A stretch of DNA of 64,000 nucleotides from a virus: the IMG/VR virus record IMGVR_UViG_3300049893_001613, positions 1-64,000 of that record; one strand, given 5' to 3'. The notes beneath the pieces are model-generated. The model saw only the letters and a list, made by a program, of their open reading frames with translations, was not told the origin of the DNA and did not search any database. The position numbers were made by a program, and so were the translations under genes. Positions 15,698 through 22,562 of the stretch are shown here, in pieces; positions within the stretch are counted from its first letter, which is position 1, and each line of letters opens with the position of its first letter.

Positions 15698-15775
15698 ATG
15701 AAGAAAGTATTAAAATCTGAAGAACAAGAGGCAGAAGAGCAATATGCTCCTGTCATCTATTTGGTTAGGATCTAA
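15698..15775 (+). CDS. Glu-rich leader peptide (25 aa) overlapping tRNA-Glu
   Basis: MKKVLKSEEQEAEEQYAPVIYLVRI; 5 Glu in 7 codons just before tRNA-Glu; stop lies inside the tRNA. Confidence 0.65.
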   Translation: MKKVLKSEEQEAEEQYAPVIYLVRI

Positions 15776-15818
15776 CACTTTCAATGTTAAAAAACGAGTT
15801 CGAATCTCGTCAGGAGTA
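15746..15818 (+). tRNA. tRNA-Glu(TTC)
   Basis: Cloverleaf; loop CTTTCAA; TTCGAAT. Confidence 0.9.
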
Positions 15819-15831
15819 CTAAAATTTAAAA

Positions 15832-15915
15832 ATGATGAAAAATTGGTTTAATATAGCGAATACGGTCATTACCATGAGAGATTGTGGCAAGGCTGTGTTA
15901 TATTGGGACCTGTAA
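15832..15915 (+). CDS. Leader peptide 3 (27 aa) of putative tRNA attenuator
   Basis: MMKNWFNIANTVITMRDCGKAVLYWDL after an A-rich leader; first 22 codons use exactly the 13 amino acids of the downstream tRNAs. Confidence 0.85.
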   Translation: MMKNWFNIANTVITMRDCGKAVLYWDL

Positions 15916-15941
15916 GATAGTTTGTATTATGTTTTCTGCAA

Positions 15942-15967
15942 AGGTCCCGTCACAAGCGGGACTTTTT
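15942..15967 (+). terminator. Attenuator terminator 3
   Basis: GTCCCG/CGGGAC plus TTTTT just before tRNA-Ala; AGGTCCC can pair alternatively with GGGACCT at 15905-15911. Confidence 0.85.
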
Positions 15968-15972
15968 CATTT

Positions 15973-16044
15973 GGGGCTAGAGACCAAGGCTGGCTGTTGT
16001 CCTTTGCAAGGATGACGTGGTGGGTTCGATTTCCACTTGCTCCA
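15973..16044 (+). tRNA. tRNA-Ala(TGC)
   Basis: GGGGCTA acceptor with G3:U70; loop TTTGCAA. Confidence 0.85.
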
Positions 16045-16048
16045 CTAT

Positions 16049-16121
16049 AGTTCTGAGGTCAAACGGTTAAGATGTATCACTGTCTATGATTACGGAGCGG
16101 GTTCAACTCCCGTCAGAACTG
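16049..16121 (+). tRNA. tRNA-Asp(GTC)
   Basis: Loop CTGTCTA; G73. Confidence 0.85.
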
Positions 16122-16130
16122 CAAACAAAA

Positions 16131-16203
16131 GGACTGGTAGCTCAGCGGCAGTAGCAAGCGGTTGTTAACCACTAGGTCGTAGGTTCGATCCCTACCTGGT
16201 CCT
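16131..16203 (+). tRNA. tRNA-Asn(GTT)
   Basis: Loop TTGTTAA; TTCGATC. Confidence 0.88.
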
Positions 16204-16208
16204 CACAT

Positions 16209-16330
16209 GGAGAATTCCCAGAGCACGGTGTGAAAAGCCGGAACGCTGGGGGATATAAATCCTTCCCTGTTAAGGGAAGTAACAGCAAGGGTTAAGAGAA
16301 ATCTTCTCCCGCTTTTTAAATTCTCCGCCA
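16209..16330 (+). ncRNA. Unclassified structured RNA with acceptor-like stem and GCCA end
   Basis: GGAGAATT/AATTCTCC-GCCA enclosing three hairpins; no T loop. Confidence 0.6.
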
Positions 16331-16401
16331 CACGTCCCGGGCTAGGGTAGCCAAGCGGTCTCCAAAACCGCAGGACAAGGTTCGATTCCTTGGGAGCGTG
16401 C
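16331..16401 (+). tRNA. tRNA-Trp(CCA)
   Basis: GCGGT-CTCCAAA-ACCGC; TTCGATT; irregular acceptor stem. Confidence 0.82.
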
Positions 16402-16405
16402 TTAT

Positions 16406-16478
16406 TCCGGTGAAGCTCATGTGGAAGAGCTACAGTTTTGTAAACTGAGGGCTGTCGGTTCGAACCCGTCCTCCGGAT
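16406..16478 (+). tRNA. tRNA-Thr(TGT)
   Basis: Loop TTTGTAA; TTCGAAC. Confidence 0.88.
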
Positions 16479-16514
16479 CATGTTAAGATTAAGACATAGG
16501 TCATTCTAAAATAA

Positions 16515-16585
16515 GCTCTTGTAGTTTAATGGAAAAACCTTTGTCTTCTAAACAAAAGATTCCGGTTCGAATCCGGGCAGGAGTT
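16515..16585 (+). tRNA. tRNA-Arg(TCT)
   Basis: TTTGT-CTTCTAA-ACAAA; TTCGAAT. Confidence 0.9.
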
Positions 16586-16588
16586 CAT

Positions 16589-16660
16589 CGACCCTTGGCG
16601 CAATGGTGGCGCAACTGGCTCATAACCAGCAGGACACTGGATCAGTACCAGTAGGGTCAA
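16589..16660 (+). tRNA. tRNA(CAT), Met/fMet/Ile2 identity unresolved
   Basis: Loop CTCATAA; C1xA72 mismatch; atypical T loop ATCAGTA. Confidence 0.8.
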
Positions 16661-16681
16661 CTAATTTAAAACCAATGTACA

Positions 16682-16795
16682 ATGGATGAGCAAGAATACG
16701 AATGGGCTAATGTTGAAAGGCCGGTAAAAGAAGAAGCTGAGGAACCAAAAACCTGCAGCTTAGAAGATGGTGAATGTTTAAGTTGTGGATCATGA
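16682..16795 (+). CDS. 37-aa acidic peptide ending CxxCGS
   Basis: MDEQEYEWANVERPVKEEAEEPKTCSLEDGECLSCGS; fills the gap between two tRNAs. Confidence 0.7.
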   Translation: MDEQEYEWANVERPVKEEAEEPKTCSLEDGECLSCGS

Positions 16796-16827
16796 TAACA
16801 GATAAGAAAGACTACGATAAGCTTAAT

Positions 16828-16899
16828 GCTGTCGTAGCTCCAATGTAGAGCTTCCGGCTTTTAACCGGAAGGTTGTGGGTTCAAGTCCCACCGGCAGTA
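16828..16899 (+). tRNA. tRNA-Lys(TTT)
   Basis: TCCGG-CTTTTAA-CCGGA. Confidence 0.92.
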
Positions 16900-16904
16900 C
16901 AGAT

Positions 16905-16978
16905 GTTGAAGTAATTCAAGTGGTACAGAACCCTCCCTGATAAGGAGGTATGTGGTGGTTCAAATCCATCCTTCAACA
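16905..16978 (+). tRNA. tRNA-Ile(GAT)
   Basis: CCTCC-CTGATAA-GGAGG. Confidence 0.92.
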
Positions 16979-16983
16979 CACAT

Positions 16984-17056
16984 CGGGGTGAGAATTGGTA
17001 TTCCATCGGGTCTCATAAGCCTGACTTCGTGGGTTCGTTTCCCACCGCCCCAACCA
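16984..17056 (+). tRNA. tRNA(CAT), initiator-like
   Basis: C1xA72, loop CTCATAA, encoded CCA. Confidence 0.82.
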
Positions 17057-17057
17057 T

Positions 17058-17130
17058 GGAGACATAACATAGATGGTCTATGTATCCGCCTGAAGAGCGG
17101 AAGATCCTGGATCGTTACCAGGTGGCTCCA
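17058..17130 (+). tRNA. tRNA-Phe(GAA)
   Basis: TCCGC-CTGAAGA-GCGGA; atypical T loop ATCGTTA. Confidence 0.82.
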
Positions 17131-17135
17131 CATAT

Positions 17136-17193
17136 CTCACCCTAAGAGGCTTTGCAGACTGGTACCGGAAAGCAGTAGTGTCGGGTGAGTCCA
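17136..17193 (+). ncRNA. 58-nt mini RNA with 7-bp acceptor stem and UCCA end
   Basis: CTCACCC/GGGTGAG-T-CCA; spaced like a tRNA gene; no D or T arm. Confidence 0.5.
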
Positions 17194-17194
17194 T

Positions 17195-17266
17195 GCTCCT
17201 TTAGTTCACCGGAAGAACGCTTGGTTTACATCCAAGATGCAGGTGGTTCAATTCCATCAGGGAGTA
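17195..17266 (+). tRNA. tRNA-Val(TAC)
   Basis: CTTGG-TTTACAT-CCAAG. Confidence 0.92.
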
Positions 17267-17307
17267 CAGGTAGTTTTGGAGGTTCTCGTGTAAAAAACCT
17301 TCTTCAT

Positions 17308-17383
17308 GCAGTAATAGCTCCCAATGTAGAGCGGTGGTCTTCCAAACCTCAGGCTGTGAGTTCAAGTCTCACTTACTGCACCA
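17308..17383 (+). tRNA. tRNA-Gly(TCC)
   Basis: Loop CTTCCAA; encoded CCA. Confidence 0.9.
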
Positions 17384-17384
17384 T

Positions 17385-17451
17385 GACCATGACGGCCGTA
17401 GAACTCTGTCTGCAAAACAGAGAAACGTGGGTTGAACTCCCACCTTGGTCT
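17385..17451 (+). tRNA. tRNA-Cys(GCA), reduced D arm
   Basis: TCTGT-CTGCAAA-ACAGA; U73; T loop TTGAACT. Confidence 0.75.
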
Positions 17452-17478
17452 CACTGCAAAAATAAATTTTGCATTTTA

Positions 17479-17511
17479 TTTGGAAGTAAACACAATTTAT
17501 GTTTACCTTTA
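17479..17511 (+). promoter_or_regulatory. Sigma-A-type promoter after the tRNA cluster
   Basis: TTTG...TACCTTTA; shares TTTGGAAGT with the 15659 promoter. Confidence 0.5.
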
Positions 17512-17526
17512 CGGGTAGATTAAATT

Positions 17527-17838
17527 ATGGATACTCAAGAGCAACTCCCACCCAATTCTTTCCAGAGCCAAATCTCGGCTCTGGACGGAATTATCCTTAC
17601 TTCAGGATCTACAGCATCCACATCAGTTAACACATGGCATACTCAAGGCATAACCTATTATGACACTACAGGTCAGGTACTGAGAGTAACTAACGGTTCC
17701 CCTCAGTGGATCGATTACACGCAGACAGACTGGGTAAAGCAAGCCAATTACGTGTTGCCTTATTATCAGGACGCTCCGTTAATGGAACCGGCCGACCGCG
17801 GTATTTTCGGTTTAATGCAATTAGTGAAGGATGAATGA
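17527..17838 (+). CDS. Hypothetical protein
   Basis: 103-aa ORF after promoter. Confidence 0.6.
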   Translation: MDTQEQLPPNSFQSQISALDGIILTSGSTASTSVNTWHTQGITYYDTTGQVLRVTNGSPQWIDYTQTDWVKQANYVLPYYQDAPLMEPADRGIFGLMQLVKDE

Positions 17839-17934
17839 GTGCATTAGTAGCCATAACAATAAGCTGGCTCATAGCTCTTGGACTCACAATTTTAAGATAC
17901 AGGATAAACATAGCAAAACATAAACAAACTACCA

Positions 17935-18972
17935 ATGGGAAAATGGTCTTTTCTGAAAGAATACGCAAAACAACAACTAAAATACAATCCGGACCTAACT
18001 ATCACCGACCTGGCAAAACGAGCTCAACAGGAGTTCCAGTCTCAACTGACTCAAAGAAACGTAGAACAGGTCCGTAAAATAATCTCTCGTGAAGTCTGTA
18101 AACAAGACTCACCTTTTGTGCCTGATTCAAGGTTTGATGAACTTGAAGATCTGGCAACAAGCTTGTCTTCCATGATCTACAAGCCCGAACCTATACAGGC
18201 AGTAAGACAAAACAAGTTTGACAAACCAGGTATGTACATTGTCTTGGGATGTGTACATGTTCCCGGCCATAATGTCAGGATGATCAATAGTATCACCAAG
18301 CTTATCGAGGATAAGAAGAATGAAATTCAGGGACTGATGTTAATAGGAGATTTCCTCGACATGAATACTCTGTCAGGTCATAACCGTGGTCAGTTCACTG
18401 CAGTACCAGGACTCACTCTTACACAGGAATACGAAGCCGGTAACAAAGTGCTTGATCAGCTCACAGCTCCACTGTCTCACCGTGTAGTAGATAAAGTCTA
18501 CATCTACGGTAATCATGAAGACAGATGGAACCGTCACATGAGTGACATGCAGAATGCCAAGACTCCCCTGCCCTCCCCCGCGGAGGCCCTTCGTCTGAAG
18601 GAAAGAGGTTTCCACACGTTTACAAACTGGACTTCTGATTACGTAAAACTGGGTAAGCATCTTGAGCTCATCCATGGTCAATACTATAACACCCACTGTG
18701 CTAAACAACACATAGATAAACTGCGTGGTTCAGTACTGTTTGCTCACACTCACCGCATCCAGATGTACGTTGAAGGCAAGACTGCCGGATTCAACATAGG
18801 ATGGTGTGGTGATGTTGACACTCCATTCTTCAACTACGCTGAGCGTGGTACCAAATCACAGTGGCAGAATGGATTTGCTGTTGTGCATGTAGATGAAGAC
18901 GGAGATTACTTCGTCAATCAAATATTCTTTCACAACAATAAATTCTACTTTAATGGAAAATGCTATTCTTAA
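17935..18972 (+). CDS. Calcineurin-like metallophosphoesterase with N-terminal helical domain
   Basis: GCVH (first Asp replaced by Cys), GDFLD, GNHE, HG, AHTH motifs. Confidence 0.9.
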   Translation: MGKWSFLKEYAKQQLKYNPDLTITDLAKRAQQEFQSQLTQRNVEQVRKIISREVCKQDSPFVPDSRFDELEDLATSLSSMIYKPEPIQAVRQNKFDKPGMYIVLGCVHVPGHNVRMINSITKLIEDKKNEIQGLMLIGDFLDMNTLSGHNRGQFTAVPGLTLTQEYEAGNKVLDQLTAPLSHRVVDKVYIYGNHEDRWNRHMSDMQNAKTPLPSPAEALRLKERGFHTFTNWTSDYVKLGKHLELIHGQYYNTHCAKQHIDKLRGSVLFAHTHRIQMYVEGKTAGFNIGWCGDVDTPFFNYAERGTKSQWQNGFAVVHVDEDGDYFVNQIFFHNNKFYFNGKCYS

Positions 18973-19195
18973 AATCTCTGTGTCCATCGCATTGGGCATA
19001 GCTCTCGCTACACTGACTTCAGATTATGTAGCCCAGCTTGTAACTCCTTTTGCGGCTTACATGGCACTTTACTTTATTCTCTCATTTAAACTCGTAGACA
19101 TATATGAAACTAAGCGATCCAAGAAAAACAAAGATAAAGGATCTGAAAACAAAAATTGCCAATGCTCAACTCCAGATACAGGAGTACGTGAGTAG
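18953..19195 (+). CDS. Small membrane protein
   Basis: Two hydrophobic segments from MENAILK. Confidence 0.5.
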   Translation: MENAILKISVSIALGIALATLTSDYVAQLVTPFAAYMALYFILSFKLVDIYETKRSKKNKDKGSENKNCQCSTPDTGVRE

Positions 19196-19457
19196 TGTCG
19201 ATGTAACAAAAGAAATGGAACTTCCTGAGGAAGAGCGTAAAGCTAATCAGGAGAAATTTCGTGATGAGCTTGCACTAAGGCGAGCTGACATCACCGCTAT
19301 GAAGGAAGAGCTCAAACAAACAAGACTTAACAAATACAGTTCTTCTTTCTTTGAGTTCACACCAAACAAAGGAATGAACCGTAGACAAGCGCGTGAATTC
19401 CGTAAATCAAGAAGACGTAATGGAAAACATAACAGTAATCAGAAGAGGAACGTTTGA
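19104..19457 (+). CDS. Hypothetical coiled-coil protein
   Basis: 117 aa; MNRRQAR basic tail. Confidence 0.65.
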   Translation: MKLSDPRKTKIKDLKTKIANAQLQIQEYVSSVDVTKEMELPEEERKANQEKFRDELALRRADITAMKEELKQTRLNKYSSSFFEFTPNKGMNRRQAREFRKSRRRNGKHNSNQKRNV

Positions 19458-19650
19458 AACTAATGGTGAGCGGCACACAAGTGTAACTCTGTCAGACGGT
19501 ACAACCCTGAGGATATCCAGTATGAACCCGGCTGATATACATGAGAAAGAAGTAGATCTGGAAATCAGTGAAGCCATCTCTCTCAAGACAGCACATTACA
19601 AAAACCTTGAACGCGAAATAGAAAACAAACGTAATCTTCCAAATGAATAA
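19393..19650 (+). CDS. Hypothetical protein
   Basis: Packed plus-strand ORF; start likely MENIT. Confidence 0.6.
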   Translation: MNSVNQEDVMENITVIRRGTFETNGERHTSVTLSDGTTLRISSMNPADIHEKEVDLEISEAISLKTAHYKNLEREIENKRNLPNE

Positions 19651-20110
19651 GAATTCCATATTCGAACTCCTTCTTCAACTACCGGTTGTAACAGAAGTCA
19701 GCATTACTTGTTTCAGCAAGAATCATATTCTCCTGCCGATGAAAGATGCTGTGCATAACTTACAACTCACTTACTACTGGTGGAAAGAAGCTGATACCGA
19801 ATTAAAGAAATACATTGATACTCCGGAGTTAATAGAAAACCCTGATGATCGCCAGTATATAAGCAGAGCTCCTACACTGATAGGAACTAAAGAACAACTG
19901 GATTACATCATTGATCATCTGAAGAATCTAAGTGACGACACACAAAAGTACCTGGAAGAATACCCCCTCCCTATGGGAGTAAAATACAAAGTTGAACAAG
20001 GTTACAATAACGTAATGGAAGCTATGTTCAATGCAGACATCTCAACTAAATATTATGAAGAATACAACAGACAGCAATCTGAATCAAGAAGCGGAACAAG
20101 TACAGTTTGA
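19643..20110 (+). CDS. Hypothetical protein
   Basis: 155-aa packed ORF. Confidence 0.7.
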   Translation: MNKNSIFELLLQLPVVTEVSITCFSKNHILLPMKDAVHNLQLTYYWWKEADTELKKYIDTPELIENPDDRQYISRAPTLIGTKEQLDYIIDHLKNLSDDTQKYLEEYPLPMGVKYKVEQGYNNVMEAMFNADISTKYYEEYNRQQSESRSGTSTV

Positions 20111-20672
20111 AGAAAACGATTCCGAGATAGCCGTTATGCTTAAATCAGTTATTAAAGCATATGAGGAAGCTTGGAACAGGAACAACGAGAAGAGTGAGAT
20201 CCGATTTTCCCTCACTATAACTACTCATAAAATATCTACACCAGAAGGTAATAAAGACTGTGCTTATCTCCGATTAGACAGATCTATCCGAGACAAAGGA
20301 TATAAAGAACAAGAGATAGAGAAAGACGGTGAAAAGGTTATTGATGATGGATGGACTAATCGTCTACTTCATCAGGAAGCTTACTTCTTCCGTAACATGC
20401 AAGAGCGTGTGGACCCGCGTGCCGTGTGGAAAGATCAGTTATACGTTAACTGCTTTGCACGTCTTATAGGTGCCGGTCTCGAGTATGCTGAATTACTACA
20501 ACGCTTAAAGCAAGTAGACAAAGCAAAAGAGATGGCTGGTATCAGTGATGAGGAAAAGCGCCTCAATGACCTTGGTCTTGTAAAAGCCGACTCAATGCCT
20601 GCAGAATTAAACGCAGAAGACAAGAAGTATAAAGAATGGCTTGCAGCTGAAAGAGCTAAAGAAGGATTATGA
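20031..20672 (+). CDS. Hypothetical protein
   Basis: 213-aa packed ORF. Confidence 0.7.
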   Translation: MQTSQLNIMKNTTDSNLNQEAEQVQFEENDSEIAVMLKSVIKAYEEAWNRNNEKSEIRFSLTITTHKISTPEGNKDCAYLRLDRSIRDKGYKEQEIEKDGEKVIDDGWTNRLLHQEAYFFRNMQERVDPRAVWKDQLYVNCFARLIGAGLEYAELLQRLKQVDKAKEMAGISDEEKRLNDLGLVKADSMPAELNAEDKKYKEWLAAERAKEGL

Positions 20673-20790
20673 TAGCTGTAATTGTAATTACAATAAGAGA
20701 CATTGTAGCTTTAACATTTATATCCTTGATTATTCTACTCTTTCTGGGTATATGGTTAAAAGAACAGATCACTAAAATTAAACACAAAAT

Positions 20791-21012
20791 ATGGAAACAG
20801 TAAGAGCAAAATTAAGTTGCACATCAGCAGTAAAAGGACCCTATGGAACCCAGGTTAGTTTCTGGGCACTATACAGTAACAATCCTGAAGATAATTCGTT
20901 TGCACAGGCAACACCATCAGCACAACTAAACATGATGGTGAATAACCCAAGCGCAGAAGAATTCTTTGAACCTGGTAAAACTTATTTCTTAGACTTTAAG
21001 AAAGTTGAGTAA
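20791..21012 (+). CDS. Conserved small phage protein
   Basis: VRAK...EDNSFAQATPS...FEPGKTYFLDF, a motif recurring in phages. Confidence 0.75.
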   Translation: METVRAKLSCTSAVKGPYGTQVSFWALYSNNPEDNSFAQATPSAQLNMMVNNPSAEEFFEPGKTYFLDFKKVE

Positions 21013-21341
21013 TGACTGAACAATTAATTCAACCTAAATCCCTGGGAGCGTACATAAGGTGCCTCTCAGGGCTCTTTATAACTAAAGACAACCCCAACGG
21101 TTTGTCTCCTAAGGAGCTTACGGTACTCGCGTGCTTGCTCGCCTTGGTTGGGGACGCATCTAAAGAACTTGATGCAGACGTGAGACTTGAAGCTTCAAAC
21201 CAACTGAACCAGAGCTATCAGGTAACTACAAACTATATCAATAAGTTTCGTAAGAAGGGAGCAGTAACAAAAGACAACCGGTTACATCCGGTGTTGTTTA
21301 AGAAGCGAATAGTAATAGAATATGGAGAAGACATTTTGTAA
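21012..21341 (+). CDS. Putative winged-helix DNA-binding protein
   Basis: LSPKELTVL...NYINKFRKKGAV pattern. Confidence 0.65.
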   Translation: MTEQLIQPKSLGAYIRCLSGLFITKDNPNGLSPKELTVLACLLALVGDASKELDADVRLEASNQLNQSYQVTTNYINKFRKKGAVTKDNRLHPVLFKKRIVIEYGEDIL

Positions 21342-21639
21342 TCTTGTAATACTAAAAGAAGTTGCAACTGAACTTGGTCTCGACTTTAAAACAGTCAAGA
21401 ACATGGTGGACTCCCAGAGCGAGTACACCAAGGTTGTAATGGAATCAGATAGTTTCGATTCTATCCGGTGGCCATATCTTGGAGTTTTCAAATCAAAGCC
21501 TAAAGAAGTTCAGATGATCAACCACTTAAAAGGTATGACACCTGAGCAGGCAGCAGAATTCAAGAAGCTTGTACGGACAGGTAAGATTAAACTAAATCAT
21601 TGGGAAGATAAACTAAAAAAACATGGATCTGGAACATAA
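21322..21639 (+). CDS. HU/IHF-like DNA-binding protein
   Basis: ILKEVATELGL...SIRWPYLGVFK resembles the HU fold signature. Confidence 0.65.
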   Translation: MEKTFCNLVILKEVATELGLDFKTVKNMVDSQSEYTKVVMESDSFDSIRWPYLGVFKSKPKEVQMINHLKGMTPEQAAEFKKLVRTGKIKLNHWEDKLKKHGSGT

Positions 21640-21937
21640 CTTTAACTTCAACGATCCTGTTGAAGTAACTACAATCTTCAGGATGCCTGAGATCAGTGGT
21701 AAACCAAAAGAATACAGCAGCAAGATTTGCTTTGGCTGGGAAGACATTAAACTGGTAGAAGAGCACGCGTATGCAGATGACTGGGAGACCTACAAGGGTC
21801 CTAAGTACTGGATAACCCTGCATCATGAACCACAAGGCCGGTTGGTACTTGGTAATTACATGAGTATGGCCGAGCACTGGAGACACTTCCGTAACCGCTA
21901 CCCTTTATTCAGAGACGCACCAACAGACGAAGACTAA
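21623..21937 (+). CDS. Hypothetical protein
   Basis: 104-aa packed ORF. Confidence 0.65.
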   Translation: MDLEHNFNFNDPVEVTTIFRMPEISGKPKEYSSKICFGWEDIKLVEEHAYADDWETYKGPKYWITLHHEPQGRLVLGNYMSMAEHWRHFRNRYPLFRDAPTDED

Positions 21938-21938
21938 T

Positions 21939-22562
21939 ATGGAATGGCTTAAACTAGACGAAAACGGAGAGATACAGTTTGTATCTGAAGAGTGCAAGCT
22001 TGTGCCTGAAGTACAGGCTCTCCTTACTCTCAACTACAATAAACAGCCCAGAGATCATGATGGCCGGAAGAAGTTTCGTGCCAAGAATGAACTTAAATAC
22101 CTGTATCTGGCTTACTCACTTAAATCCCCGTACAGGGACTACAGTGAAAAAGAACGTATAGAAGAAGCGAAGCTGGACTGCAACCTGGATGGTAGCTGGA
22201 CCCCCTCCCCTGAATTAATTGCTTTAATTGAAAAGTACAAAAGAGGCACCCCAGGTAAGATAAATCGTTTATTAACAACTGTGACAAAATTCATTGATAA
22301 ATTTGAAACGCATTTGAACACCGTTGACCTTAATGAACGCACTGCTACCGGTGGACTTATACATTCTCCCAAAGCTATCATTGACACTCTTGAACGTTTA
22401 CCACGACTGGCTGAAACTCTGCAAGAATTAGAGAACCAGGCTAAGCTTGGAATTATCAGCAAGGTAACGTCTAAAGGAGATCATGAAGTAGGATGGATGG
22501 CAATGCAGGGTACTGGTGGTAAACCTACACATGTCAGTACAACAAGCGAAGACGATGACTAA
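21939..22562 (+). CDS. Conserved protein upstream of TerL (candidate small terminase)
   Basis: Coupled to TerL; ELKYLY...SPY motif; function from position. Confidence 0.55.
   Translation: MEWLKLDENGEIQFVSEECKLVPEVQALLTLNYNKQPRDHDGRKKFRAKNELKYLYLAYSLKSPYRDYSEKERIEEAKLDCNLDGSWTPSPELIALIEKYKRGTPGKINRLLTTVTKFIDKFETHLNTVDLNERTATGGLIHSPKAIIDTLERLPRLAETLQELENQAKLGIISKVTSKGDHEVGWMAMQGTGGKPTHVSTTSEDDD

Noticed and set aside
15973-16044. Reading this tRNA as Cys(GCA)
   Set aside because: The 7-nt loop TTTGCAA centres on TGC and the acceptor has G3:U70, so it is Ala; Cys is at 17385.
16209-16330. tmRNA or tRNA-Sec
   Set aside because: Too short for tmRNA, no Ala G3:U70, no T loop, and no TCA anticodon arm.
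14932-17523. Track ORFs 14932..15672(-), 16203..16481(-), 16952..17188(+), 17185..17523(+)
   Set aside because: They overlie tRNA genes; the translations are typical tRNA shadow frames.
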